From assembly GCF_004010195.1 (NCBI RefSeq), contig NC_057755.1, forward strand, positions 7,930,676-7,994,675: a stretch of 64,000 nucleotides of DNA. Direction: 5' to 3'. This DNA is from Chiloscyllium plagiosum (Eukaryota). This document shows, in pieces, positions 36,225 through 49,085 of this stretch; position 1 is the first letter of the stretch; each line of letters opens with the position of its first letter. The notes under the pieces are model-generated. The model was not told the DNA's origin and did no database searches. It worked only from the letters and a program-made list of their open reading frames with translations. Made by a program: the position numbers and the translations under genes.

Positions 36225-36470
36225 AAATAGTGATGAGTTCTGGAAAGTAGAACTGACGTAGTCAGACAAAACATCAAGAGGCTGTACTCGGCTCAGTCCG
36301 AGCGCTCATTACGTCGATGAACGTGCGAATGGAAATATGTTTTAGCAGGAGGATGGTCTTTGGATGTCTCGACTTTTTCTGTAGTTTCTGGAGCCGGTGT
36401 AATCTGAATACATTGGAAAGGTGAGTGTCATTTTAACGGAATGGAAATTGCTACCCATATCGAGAAACAC
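36225..36470 (+). mobile_element. Decayed CR1 ORF1 (SGNH esterase) fragment
   Basis: Resembles 49500-49650 (..MN.W...C..EGF....FW.R..LY..D..H.N). Confidence 0.5.
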
Positions 36471-37419
36471 CATACTGTTGTTGCAGAATTTTTATCAAAT
36501 CACTCAGAGGTTTGGGAACCTGTGATCAAACTCGGTTCGGAGGAAAACGAAGCTGGCCACGTGAAGTTGTAAATGTGTGAGTGAAAGAGAAAAGCAGAAG
36601 AAACACGTTCTGGATCCACAATGATGCTGTGCTTCACAATCCGAGTCCTCAGGAGCAAGCACCTCCCTCACATACCTCACAGATTCAGGAGTAGGGTTCA
36701 TTCTGAAGCGCTACTTTGTGATGTTCGGGAGACCGTCAATAACGTGTGCATTAAGTAATACAGTTACTGCCGAAACCTGAATTTTTTTTCTGATAATACG
36801 TGAGGCATTTGGATGGACCGGAATGGAAGAATCCATCAATACTTTGAACTGTCTAAAATATATCAAGCACTTACAGTCACAATGCACAAGCAGAAGAATT
36901 AATTTATGACATCTCGCCGTATTGAATTGACACAACAGCACAAAATGTAAGCGGGCAGCAATTGACTATACTTACTTCACAAACCGTGGTCGCACTTCTA
37001 CCACAGAAAGCCGTCAACCGGGACATGATTTCTCCATAATGGGATCACAATGCATGAAGTTGCATTAAATATACACAAAATTGGAAGATATAAACCGGGC
37101 AATTACACACTCAGGTCTCAATCTCAAGTTTAAAGTTAACAATAGTTCCAATACTGATCAGAATAAAATGTATACTCCTGCCAAGACCCATTTTGACCCA
37201 ATAGAAAAAATGCAGCCTTACAAACAAAAAAAAAGCCTTACCGTTTTCCAGTGGTTTTGATTTCTGGTTTCCATCAGGCACCTCTCTCCCCTTCTGCAGC
37301 TCTTGCTGCGTCCTTACTCTTCTTTCATTCACAATCTCTCCTTTAACCCTGCAGCCTTCCTCTCTTCTATCCCCTTTATCCACGGTCTGCCTTCTGGAAG
37401 TTTGCAGCTTTGATACCAG

Positions 37420-38785
37420 ATGATATAGAAGCAAAATTATACCATTTGGCCCTGCGAATCTGCACCACAATTCGATCATCACCCCATTCACATGCCATCT
37501 CCCTGTAACCGATGATCCCCTTTCCAATCCAGAAGCTATTCTGTCTCTGCCTTAAATAAACTCAATGACTAGCTGTTCACTGCCATCTCTGGCAATGAGA
37601 TCCATTGCTTCACACTCTTTGGTTGGCATAACTCCTCCCCACCATTATACATAAACGATCTGGTGCAAGTATAGGTGGTCTGATTGACAAGTTTGCAGAT
37701 GAAACAAAGATTGGAGTTAGTGAAGGTGACTGTCAGCGAATGCATCAGGATAAAGATAGATTGGAGAGTTGGGTGGAGAAATAGCAGATGGAGTTCAATC
37801 CGGGCAAATGCGAGGGGATGCATTATGGAAGACCCAATTCCAGAGCGAACTGCATGATAAATGGAAAAGCCCCGGGGTCAATTGACGTACAGGGAAATCT
37901 GGGTGTTCGGTTCCATCGTACCCTAAAGGTGGCAATGCAGGTCGATAGAGTGGTTAAGAAGGCAATTCGCATGTGGTTCCTTCATCAGAGTTGGTATTGA
38001 GCAGAAGAGTTGGCAGATCATGTTACAATTGTATCAGACATTGCTTTGGCACATGTGAATACTGTGTGCAGTTCTGTTCGCCACGTTACCCAAAGGATGT
38101 GAATGTTTAGAGAGCGTGCAGAGGAGGTTCACCAGACTATTTCCTGCTAAGGAGGGCGCTAGCTATGAGGAGAGGTTGAGTAGCTTCGGATTATTTTTCA
38201 TGAGGAAGACTGAGGTTGAGGGGGGGGGGGGGGGCTGATTGAGGTGCACAGAATTATGTGCCATACAGACAGCAAGAAGCTTTTTCCCAGAATGGGGAGC
38301 TCATTGACTAGGGGTCACGAGTTCAAGTTAAGAGGGGAGATGTTTAAGGGAATTATGTGTGGATAGTTCTTTAAAGAAATTATGTTGTGTGCCTGGACTG
38401 CTTTGCCAGTGGAGGTGATAGTGGCAAGCACGATAGCGTCATTTAGATATAGCTGGACAGATGCATGAACGGGCAGGGACTAGTGCGATACAGATCTTGG
38501 CAAAATGGGCGACAGGTTTAGCTAGAGGACTTGGATCCGTGCAGGCTTGGAGGTTCGAATAGCCTGCTCTTGTGACTTGTACTTTTCTTTAATCTTTGTT
38601 GTTCATTCTCACCTTTCTTCTAAAGGGTCGTGCTTCACTCTGTGATTGTGGTCTCCCCTTCAAATGGGAAAAAAAAAATCTTCCTCACCCCTACTGCACA
38701 GAGGCCTCGCAGTATTCTGCATGTTTTAATCAGAAAACCCCTCATTTTAAATTCAATCGACTGTAGACCCATTCCTCTCAACTGT
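37420..38785. mobile_element. Plus-strand CR1 3' fragment (37645-38590) inserted in an older minus-strand CR1 tail
   Basis: YINDL...KFADETKIG, MEFNPGKCE; flanks 37420-37640 and 38620-38785 continue one minus-strand tail. Confidence 0.8.
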
Positions 38786-38786
38786 C

Positions 38787-39408
38787 AGGCAGGAAGGAAA
38801 GGGTCGTGCGAGGGAGCCGTGGTTTAATAAGGAATTGGAATCCCTTGTTAAATGGAAGAGGGCGGCCTATCTCAAGATGAGACGTGAAGGTTCAATTGGG
38901 GCGATTGAGAGTTATAGGGTAGCCAGGAAGGACCTGAAGAGAGAGCTAAAAGCAGCAAGGAGGGGACATGAAAGGTCCTTAGTAGATAGGATTAGGGAAA
39001 ACCCTAAGGCTTTCTATAGGTATGTTAGGAATAAAAGAATGACTAGGGTAGGAATAGGTCCAGTCAAGGATAGTAGGGGGAAGTTGCGTGTGGAAGCGGA
39101 AGAGATTGGGGAGACACTGAATGAATACTTTTCTTCAGTATTCACTCAGGAACAGGGCATTGTTGTCGATGAGAATACTGAGGCACAAATAAGTAGAATG
39201 GATGGCTTTGAGGTATGTAGAGAAGAGGTGTTGGAAATCCTGGAAAAGGTGAAAATAGATAAGTCCCCTGGGCCTGATGGCATTTATCCTAGGATTCTCT
39301 GGGAAGCAAGGGAGGAGATTGCAGAGCCATTGGCCTTGATTTTTATGTCCTCTTTGTCTACAGCAGTAGTGCCAGAAGACTGGAGGATAGCAAATGTGGT
39401 ACCCTTGT
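38787..39408 (+). mobile_element. Young CR1 ORF2 fragment with open frame, truncated by an assembly gap
   Basis: ENPKAFYRYVRNKR...LNEYFSSVFT...KSPGPDGIYPRIL...VPEDWRIANVVPL with no stops. Confidence 0.93.
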
Positions 39409-39724
39409 NNNNNNNNCTGTAAACCTTTAAAACTCAGTAAAAGGTCAGGCATTTCCAAATTGTAAAACAGAAACCTTATCAAATTTACAAAAATTAGGAC
39501 TTTTAAAATGGTCACCAGAACACCCTCACTCCACTGAGGGAGATTCACTATCCTCCTTCTCCAGGATATTTTACTGGGATTCTCCACATTAAGCTTGTTT
39601 CCCAGTTTCCTTTTCCCTCCACCTAGTAGCATAGCCAAATTATTCCCCTTTTCCCTGGTGCTTCTGGGCTTCAACTTGAGACTAAGGTTGCAGATACTCT
39701 ATCCATCCATCCACCCAGGTGATC

Positions 39725-40320
39725 ACTCGAGTTGTGTATGATTATCCTCCATAAGAGCATCTATTTGTGGGTCTTCAGATGGCTGAAGAAGCCAATCTAG
39801 GATCCACAGATTCTATTGCAGTGCAACATTGGTGTGTTGTAATGGTGGTTGGAGGTGGTAGTGAGTGGGCCTTCCTGATGTTTTGGTCTCTCCTTGCTCA
39901 AGAGCCACTTCTATTCAGTGGCACGGTGGAGATCATTTCCCTGGTGTATAGCTCCCTGTTAGATGATGTTTCAGTTTGTAACCATATCCTGTCAGTTGTT
40001 GATGTTGATATGGAATTTCTTGAGATTGATCTGAATATTATCTATGAAGTTATCTTTTGGCCACTGGGGCATGCTGACCTTCCTTCAGCTGGGAGTACAT
40101 GATCTATTTTGGGGGTCATGAGTTGGACATTCAGATGACATGGCTGGTCCAGCAGGGTTTCTGTTGAATTATTGTGATGGTGATGCTGGCTGTATTGGCC
40201 TCTTCCAAGAGACTGGTGTTAGTGCACTTGTCTTCCCAGCCACTACATTGGCAGAGAGGGTTTCAAAGACAACTGTCTTTTCTTCACTCAGCGAGTCGTT
40301 AGTTCATGGAATGCCCTGCC
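39725..40320 (-). mobile_element. Decayed RTE-like LINE 3' fragment
   Basis: Minus strand resembles the RP.GGQ..RF.D..K..LK...I....W motif of RTE C-termini. Confidence 0.45.
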
Positions 40321-40326
40321 AGTAAC

Positions 40327-40484
40327 AGTGGTGGACTCTCCCTCTTTATGGGCATTTAAGAGGGCATTGGATAGGTATATGGAGGATAGTGGGTTAGTGT
40401 AGTTTAGGTGGGCTTGGATCGGCGCAACATCGAGGGCCCAAGGGCCTGTACTGCGCTGTATTCTTCTATGTTCTATGTTCTATG
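40327..40484 (+). mobile_element. Young CR1 3' end, followed by a minus-strand CR1 fragment (~40490-40810)
   Basis: CAACATCGAGGGCC.AAGGGCCTGTACTGCGCTGTA and (TTCTATG)n tail. Confidence 0.85.
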
Positions 40485-41164
40485 CTCATATGATGATAAG
40501 CTCTCCATTCCCGGGATGATTCTTGTAAATCTCCTCTCGATCCCCTACAATGCTAGCACAGCCTTTTTAAGATATGAAACCTGCATCTACTCACAACATT
40601 CCAAATACAGTCTGACTAGAGCAGAGTACAGTTTCAGCAGCCCATTCCTGCTCTTGTTTTCCAGCTCTCTTGAAATGAGTGCTAACATTGCATTTGCCGT
40701 TCTAAGTGACAACAGAACCTGTCTGTAAACCTTAAGAGCATCCTGAACTATTACGCCCAAGACCTTTATGCTTCATAATTCTGAAACTTTTCTTAAGTTT
40801 AGAAAATAAATATTTTCATCTCCTCGTAACTTGCCCTTTGCAGCAGCCTACTGTCTCTCTTTCACTATCTCACACCAACAGACCTCTGGTGCCCTCTTCC
40901 CTTTTGTCAACTGGAACCTGTACAGGTGGAGACAGAAACGAGAGGAAACAGTAAATACTGGTGGAGATTTTCTATGGACCCAGCATTATGAAGGAGACCA
41001 ACAGTGCACCGATGTCACCATGGCTGACTTTAATCTACATTTAGGTTGGAGAAACAAACGAAACACAATTTCCTGCAGTGCACAAACGAAGTTGTATTTG
41101 ACCAAAACATTGTGGAATAAGAGAACGGGCTATTCTGATTGGGAGTTGTGCAATGAGATAGCAT

Positions 41165-42285
41165 GGATAGAACTTTAGAACATTGAACTTTACAGCGCAG
41201 TGCAGGCCCTGTGGCGCTTAATGCTGCGCTGACCTGTGGAACCAAGCTGAAGCCTATCTCTCCTACACTATTCCAGTTTCATCCATATATTTATCCAATG
41301 ACCATTTAATTGGCTGTAAATCTGGCGAGTCTACTGCTGTTGCAGGCAAGCCGTACCATTCCCCTATGACTCTCTGAGCAAAACAACTACCTCTGACATC
41401 TTTATCTAACAACCCTCAATTTAAAGCGATGAAACCTCGTGCTAGCCATTACCATCGAGGAAAGGGGCTCTCGCTGTCCACCCTACCTAAGCTTCTGATT
41501 ATCATATATATCTCAATCAAGACAAATCTAAACCTTCTTCTCTCTAATGAAAACGGCCTCAAAGTCCCTCAGTCTTTCCTCATGTGACCTTCCCTCCATA
41601 CCAGGCAACATCCTAGGATATCAGCTCTGAACGCTTTCCAATGCTTCCGAAAATGTGGTGACCAGAACTGTATGCATTTCTCCACGTACAGTCGCACCAC
41701 AGTTTTGTACAACTGCAACATGACCTCGTGGCTCTGCAACTCAATCCCGCTACCAACAAAAGCTAACACACCGTATGCCTTCTTAACAACCTTATCAGGG
41801 ATCAAAGTACATGAACGCTGAGATCTCTCTGTTCATCTACATTGCCAAGAATCTTACCATTAGCTCTTAACTCTTTATTCCTGTTACTCCTTCCAAAGTG
41901 AATAACCTCATACTTTTCCACATTAAAATCCATTTGCCACTTCTCAGCCCAGTTTTGTATCTTCTCTATGTCCTTCTGTAATCTGTAAAATACTTCGGCA
42001 TTGTCTCAACTCCACTGCCCTTAATGTCATCCGAAAATTTATTATCTCATCCTTGTACACTCTCTTCCAGGTCATTTATAAAAATGACAACAGCAGTGGA
42101 CCCAAAACAAATCCATACGGTAGGCCATTAGCAATTGAATTCCAGGTTGAACATTTCCCATCAACCGTCATGCTCTATCTTCTTTCAGATAGCCAATTTC
42201 TGATCCAACACGGTAAATCACCCTCAATCACATGCCTCCGTATTTTGTGCAATAGCCTAAAATGGGAAACCTTACCAAAGCATTA
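41165..42285 (-). mobile_element. CR1-type LINE 3' fragment
   Basis: DKVVKKAYGVLAF...MLQLYKT...QFWSPH; tail at ~41165. Confidence 0.88.
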
Positions 42286-43181
42286 ATGAACAATCTTACT
42301 GTATTGAGAAAAATGATAAAATCTTGAATTGTGTATTGAGATGGAGAATGACGAAATTGAAACTGTACGACGATCCTGAGCTTAAATAAAAGGAAGAAGC
42401 ATAAATTGGTAATAATGAATTGAAGAACTTTAGCAAAAAGGTTGTCAGCAGATTGGCAATTGGCAACATGTCTGAAATGTATGCATGAGCTGCAATAATT
42501 ACTCCTTCCCTCTGGTGCAACAATAAAACAAGAAAGTTGACAGTGGGCAGCCCTAAGTGACTCCAGAGCTGACGGGGAGCTTTTATATTTCCACCCAAGA
42601 AATGGGCTTTCTTGATTAAGGAGAAATTCCTCAGTCAAAATTCAGAAGCCACATATTTGGACTGTGTGCCAAATTTGTGGGAATGATTAATTAGGGTGGA
42701 GAAGTTTTCTAGATAGCATTTAAAAGTATCACAGCATTTAATGAAACAGGAAACAGGCAAGAAATCAAAAAGTCACAATTTTTATGTTGGTAGTAATGTA
42801 TTATCTTTGTATCCAGTGATAGGCAAACCTTAAGAAGCAAGGTTTAGTGGACCTTATCAAGTCGAAAGGAGATTGAGGGATGTGAACTGTTTGATACGAA
42901 CCCCAGACAGAAAGAAATCTCACAGAGTGTGTCATGTGAATACGCTCGAAAGGTATTTTGACAGGGAAGCAAATCCAAAGGAGACTGTGTTATTGGTTAC
43001 AGCAACGAACGAAGAACTATTTTCAGAGGATTGTGAATTGGACATTCCTCAAATTAAATTGGAAAATTAGGTATTTGTCAAACTTTGCCTGCCAGAGGAA
43101 AATAAAAATGCGCTGAACGAGTTATTACTACCACATGTGGAGAAATACTAACCTAATAGTTCATGATGCAATAACATCGTT

Positions 43182-43372
43182 TTAGATTAGATTACTTACA
43201 CTTAACCTGCACATATTTGGACTGTGGGAGGAAACCGGAGCACCTGGAGGAAAGCCACACAGACATGGGGAGAATGTGCACACTCCACGCAGATAGTTGC
43301 CTGAGGCGGGAATTGAACGTGGGTCTCTGGCACTGTGAGTGCAGAAGTGCTAACCACTGTGCCACCATGCTA
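43182..43372 (-). mobile_element. HE1-type SINE, internally deleted
   Basis: Tail, core and tRNA-like head on minus. Confidence 0.88.
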
Positions 43373-43505
43373 CCCAGCAAGCCTGCAAAGTTGGCACGGC
43401 CTTAAAGGATGCATGCTCCAAGACAATGTAATCGAAGTGAGTTACAGTGACTGGAGCTCACACTTAGTAATGGTGCCAAAAATAAATAGTACCCAGCGGC
43501 TTGTA

Positions 43506-43826
43506 GGCAGCACGGTGGCACAGTGGTTAGCACTGCTGCCTCACAGTGCCGGAGACCGGGTTCAATTCCCGCCTCAGGCGACTGACTGTGTAGAGTTTGC
43601 ACGTTCTCCCCGTGTCTGCGTGGGTTTCCTCCGGGTGCTCGGGTTTCCTCCCACAGTCCAAAGATGTGCAGGTTAGGTGAATTGGCCATGCTAAGTTGCC
43701 CGTAGTGTTAGGTAAGGGGTAAATGTAGGGGTATGGGTGGGTTCCGCTTCGGCGGGTCGGTGTGGACTTGTTGGGCCGAAGGGCCTGTTTACACACATGT
43801 AATGTAACGTAATCTAATCTAATCTA
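43506..43826 (+). mobile_element. HE1-type SINE, full length and young (CpGs retained)
   Basis: GGCACAGTGGTTAGCAC A box, GGTTCAATTCCC B box, core, (TAATC)n tail. Confidence 0.95.
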
Positions 43827-45126
43827 CATGTGGATTATCACAAAGTTAATACCATTGCAAAGACTGATTCTTATCGGATTGCACATTTGGAAGAATGTGT
43901 TGAAAAGGTGGGGCAAGCAACTTATATATCTAAGTTGGACTTGATCAGAGACTATTGGCCGGTTCCTTTGTGCAAAAGAGCAATGACAATTTCTGCTCTT
44001 GTAATGCCCATTGGACAGTATCAGTTTAAAGTCATTTTTTCAAGGCATTTAAACGCATTTGGTACGAAAATTGCAACAGTCACATTTCAGAAACAGACTA
44101 ATAATTTCATTGTCGGATTGCCCAGTTGTGTCGTACATATTGCTAACTAGTTATTTTTAATCACACATGGAAGGAGCATTTGCAACATTTATCAGACTTG
44201 TTTGGTCGACATCGGAAGGGAGGCTTGGTGATAAACCTGTCTAAAAGTGAATTTGCCAAAGCCCAACTCAATTTCCTTAGCTATATTATTGGATTTGGCA
44301 CATGGCCCCACAAAATTCAAAAGACACAGGTATTCGGGTAGCTTCCCATGCCATCGATGAAAACAGTCGGACTACGATTCCTGGGATTGAGCAGTCTTTA
44401 TCAAAATGTAGTAATAAATGTTAGTATTGTGTCTGCATCACTGACTGAATTGCTGATGAAAGGCAAAATGTTTCAATGGACAGCAAACTGACAGAAGGCA
44501 TTTGGCAGTCTGAGATTTATATTAACCACTGGCTTATTATATGGCCACACCAAATTATTCCAAGTCTGTCAATGTAGCTATCGCTGCAAGTGATGTGGGT
44601 TTTGGTGTTGTGTTCGTAGAAGGAGATGATGAGAAAATATAAAGACCTATGAGTTATTTCTCCAGGAAATCGAACATTCATCAGCAGAAATGTTCAACAG
44701 TTGAGAAGGAGACATTGAGCTTGGTGCTGGCGTTACAACATTTCAATGGTCATGTTACCAGTAATGTACCCGAGACAATCATATAGACTGCTCATAACGG
44801 ATTGAGGTTTTTGGAGAAATTGAAGAACAAAATGCCAGACTGTTTAGTGCGAGCTTGTTGTTACAGCCATTCCATTGAAAATTGTGCATGTGGCATGACG
44901 AGAAAACATGATTGTTGATGCATTGTCAAGACTTGAATGAGAAATGGAGGCATTCGGTGGCAAGATTAAAATAGACTGAAACAATATGTAGTAGTGCATG
45001 TTTGCATGATTATTGTCAATTTAATGTATACGTGTGCTGTAGAGTAGTAACAGTTTAAAATTAAGGAGTTTCAAAACGAAATCGTCTTTGGATGTTGATG
45101 GTTCATTTTTGTTAAGGGGCGAGGTA

Positions 45127-45786
45127 TGATGATGTCGTTCCTTTAACAAAATTAGTTGGCTTTTTTTCACGAGATCACAAAAGCAGCCATTCTGAAATGT
45201 CTAGGTTTGAAAAGTTTTAAGGCTAATTTGATTATTACTAACAGATACTGCCTAACACAAAAGGGTTTCAAGTTTTAAAAAAATTGTACAATGAAAGGGG
45301 CGCGGCCAGTTATCCCAACTTAACTTAACTCTGGTTTGGTTTGGTTTCAGCAGTCTGGCTGATCACTGAAAGGAGTCAGTCACTTTGTGGCTGCTGGTCC
45401 AAGAAATAGCTACATGGGAGAAGATGTTCCATGCTGAATCCTCCTGCCAACTCTCTCTCTCTCTCCTGTTAGACTCTATGTTTGATTTTACTGTTTCTGC
45501 TAAATGGTTTTTATGAGGATTATTGAAGGAATTCGGAACAAGCATCACTACATTGGGATAGTCTGTTGAGTTTTAGTATAAGTTAAGCCATTCTGCATCC
45601 TGTTCTTTTTTCTTTGTGTGTCATTCGGTAATACTGCAAGTAATTGTTTGTTTAAAATTACGTGGCTGAGCCAACTGCATCACTCCTGGAATATCCACGC
45701 TCCATCTGCTCTCAACAACTTGCAAAGTTAGGGTCTGGATTACTTCTTTAAAATGTTTTGAGGGGCGTTTGGCCTGGTCCATAACA
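45127..45786 (+). mobile_element. 3' LTR of the Gypsy element
   Basis: Follows a purine tract AAGGGGCGAGGTA; TG...CA termini (ends CCATAACA). Confidence 0.75.
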
Positions 45787-45789
45787 AAT

Positions 45790-47580
45790 GCAAGTTGGAA
45801 ACCCCACATACACAGAAAGTCCAAGACTGAACTCCTCAAAGCCATCAGAGTTTCCAAAAGGTAATAACAGACCCAGTCAGAGGGCCACCACCACCTGTGG
45901 CAGGGCTTAAAAAACATAACAGCACACAATGTGAAGCAGAGCATGATAGCAGACAAAGACACAGCTCACCTTGATGTATTCAATACTTTCTCCGCTCGGT
46001 TGGAGCAAACGCCAGTGTCACATTGTCACCTGTTCTGTCAGCCCCCAATATACATGTTCCCTTGGTGACTGTTGCAGACGTCAGATTCGTCTTTCTGAGA
46101 GTCAACCCAAGGATAGAGACGTGCGTGGGTAGTGGCCACGGCCGTGCTTTTGAACCTATGTGGAGGCATTTCACTGACATCTTCCACATCTCCCTCTGAC
46201 AAGCTGGAATCGCTACCTGCTACAAATGGACCACCATCAACTCTGTACCAAAGAAAGTGCATGCAACGTACCTTAATGGCTACCACCCCGTGCTTCTGAC
46301 TTCCTGTTCGTTCTGAAGTGCTTCGAGCTTCCTAGCCTGCCTCAATCCCCTGCAATTTGCCTAACAATGCAGCAAGTCTACAGTTGACGCCATTTCTCTG
46401 GCCCTACACTCTTCCTTGCAACATTTGGACAACAAGGACATCTATGTCAGACTCCTACTCAACGACTACAGCACAACCTTCAACACTATAACCCCCTTCA
46501 AAATGATCACAAAGCTCCAATAACAAGGTCTCGGCTCTGCCTTTGCAATTTTATCCTCGGTTTCCTAACCCACAGACTACACTCAGTGAAAACCGATGAC
46601 TGTACTTTCCCCAGGATATAACTCAAAACTGGAGCCTCCCAAGGATGCATTCTCCACACCTCGCCGTACTTTCTCTCCATCCATGACTGTGCAGTAAAAT
46701 TCAGAGCAAACAGTATCTTCAAGTTTGCTGATGACACCACCGTGGGAGAACGGTTATCAAATAAAGATGATTCAGAATACTGAAAGGAGATAGAGTGCTT
46801 GGTGACGTGGTGCAATATTAATAACCTCTATCTCGGTGTTAGCAAAACAAAAGAACTGGTTAGTGACAGCAGAAAGAAAGGACTAGAAAATGTCACCATC
46901 TCGAGTAATAGATCAAAGGTTAATAGGGTTGAGAGCGTCAAGTTCCAAGGAGAGACGAGAACAGACAACATCTCCTGGACTTGTCATGTAGATGCGACGG
47001 AGAAGAAGGCACAACAACGCAAAGCGGCTGAGGAAAGTCATCACGTTGATAAGGAGCCTCACTAACCTTTACAGATGCACTGGAGAAAACATACTGTCCA
47101 TGTGCGTGGTACAGCAACCTCACTGCTATCGACCGTAAAAAAACAGAGAAGATTGCGTGCACAGCTTAGACCATCACAGAAGCAAACCATTCATCCCTGA
47201 ACTCCTTTTACACATTTTGTTGCTGCGGAAAGAATGCCAACATCAGCAAAGACCCGTCCCACCTTGGTAATGCTCTCCTAAACCCTCTTCCATCAGGTGG
47301 AAGATACAGAAGATTGAATACATACACCAACAGATTCAAGAACAGCTTCTTCCTGCCTTTATTTGATTGGTGAACAGATTCCTTACCGTCCAATCATGTT
47401 CACCTTGTTAGTGTTGATCTTGTTTCACGATCTTCATTTGCAGTTTAATTTGTATGGCATCTGTGGCAACGCACCCTGTGCGCTGTATGACCATGCTGAC
47501 TACGATCAAGCTGCATTGCTTGCAATCAAAGATTTTCATTGCACTTGCATACACGTGACCACAATAAATCAAATCAAAAC
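45790..47580 (+). mobile_element. Rex/Babar-like LINE RT fragment, decayed
   Basis: [66 protein letters not shown] tail. Confidence 0.8.
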
Positions 47581-47834
47581 CGTTTGAATACACAGTATTT
47601 GTGGATAAACCCGAACAACTCCAATAAACCCTAATATTTATCTGTCAACACAAAGAGCTCCAATGCACGACAACATTGAAAGTTAAACTGAAACAGTAAC
47701 AATATGCAACAATATGTAGGTTGAAACACAACGAATTTCAAGAGACAACAATACTTATACAGAAGCACAATCAGCTCCAATATACACTAATATTTATATA
47801 TAAGTGCAAACATCTCCAAGACAGAAGAATATTA

Positions 47835-48935
47835 ATAGAGCATAGAACAATACAGTGCAGAACAGGCCCTTTGGTTCTCGATGTTGCGCCGACCTGCAAA
47901 ATGTTCTCAGTTCGTCCCCCTACACTATCCCAAACTCATCCATGAGCTTATCTAAGGATTGTTGAAACCTCCCTAATGTGGCTGAGTTGACTACATTAGC
48001 AGGTAGGGTATTCCACGCCCTTACCACTCTCTGCGTAAAGAATCTGCCTCTGACATCTGTCTTAAATCTATTACCCCTCAATTTGTAGTTATGCTCACTC
48101 TACAAGATGAAGTCATCATCCTAGGAAAAAGACTTTCACTGTCTACCCTATCTAATGCTCTGACCATCTTGTATGTCTGTATCAAATTCCCTCTTAGCCT
48201 TCTTCTTTCCAATGAGAACAGACCCAAATCTCTCAGCCTTTCCTCACAAGACCTTCTTTCCAGACCAGACAGCATCCTGGTAAATCTCCTCTGCACATTT
48301 TCCAATATGTCCACATCCTTCCCGAAATATGGCGACCAGAACCGAAAACAATATTCCAAGTGTGGCCGCACCAGCGTTTTATATTTTTGCAGCAAGATAT
48401 TGTCGCTCCGGAACTCAATGCCTCTACGAATGAAACGAACACACCGTATGCCTTCTTAACAGCACTATCCAACTGAATGGCAACTTTCGAGGATCTATAT
48501 TCATGGACTCCAAGATTACTCTGCACATCCAGACTACCAAGAATGTTTCCATTGACCCAGTACTCTGCCTTCCTGTTATTCTTTCCAAAGTGCATCACCG
48601 CACAGTTAGCAGCATTGAAATCAATTTGCCGCCTCTCCGCCCAATTCTGCAGTTTATCCAAGCCTCCCTGCAACCTGTAACATTCTTCCAAACTGTCAAC
48701 TACTCCACCGACTTTAGTGTCGTTTACAAATTTACGAATCTATCCACCTATGCCTGCGTCGAAGACATTTATAAAAATGACAAACAACTGTGGTCCCAAA
48801 CCAGATCCTTGTGGCACACCTCTCATAACCGGACTCCAGGCCGAATATTTTCCATCAACCACCACTCACTGCCTTCTTTCAGAAAGCCAGTTTCTAATCC
48901 AAACTGCGAAATCACCGACAATTCCACACCTCTGT
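47835..48935 (-). mobile_element. CR1-type LINE 3' fragment
   Basis: YKTLVRPHLEYC, LDKLQNWAE; (TTCTATG) tail. Confidence 0.92.
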
Positions 48936-49085
48936 AAAACAAGACCAGATCCAATGCACAGCAATATTTATAGAGAAATGCAAACACCTCTAATGCATTG
49001 CAATTCTATTCTTAATAACGAAGTGTTCCAGTACACAACAATATTTGTATGCTGACACAAAGTGCACCAAAATGCAACAATATAT

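Larger units (their letters stand above)
42610..45125 (+). mobile_element. Gypsy (Gmr1-like) pol remnant: integrase C-terminus, then RT, then RNase H
   Basis: ARFSGPYQVE...TPDRKKSHRVCHVN (integrase GPY/F) precedes WSS..VMVPK, DYHKVN...DSY.I..LEECVEKVG..YISKLDL (RT) and YFSRK...QQK.STVEKETL (RH); many stops; two SINE insertions. Confidence 0.85.

Noticed and set aside
43506..43580. tRNA-like sequences (also ~23785, ~15170, ~7085) as tRNA genes
   Set aside because: They are SINE heads continuous with the HE1 core and tail
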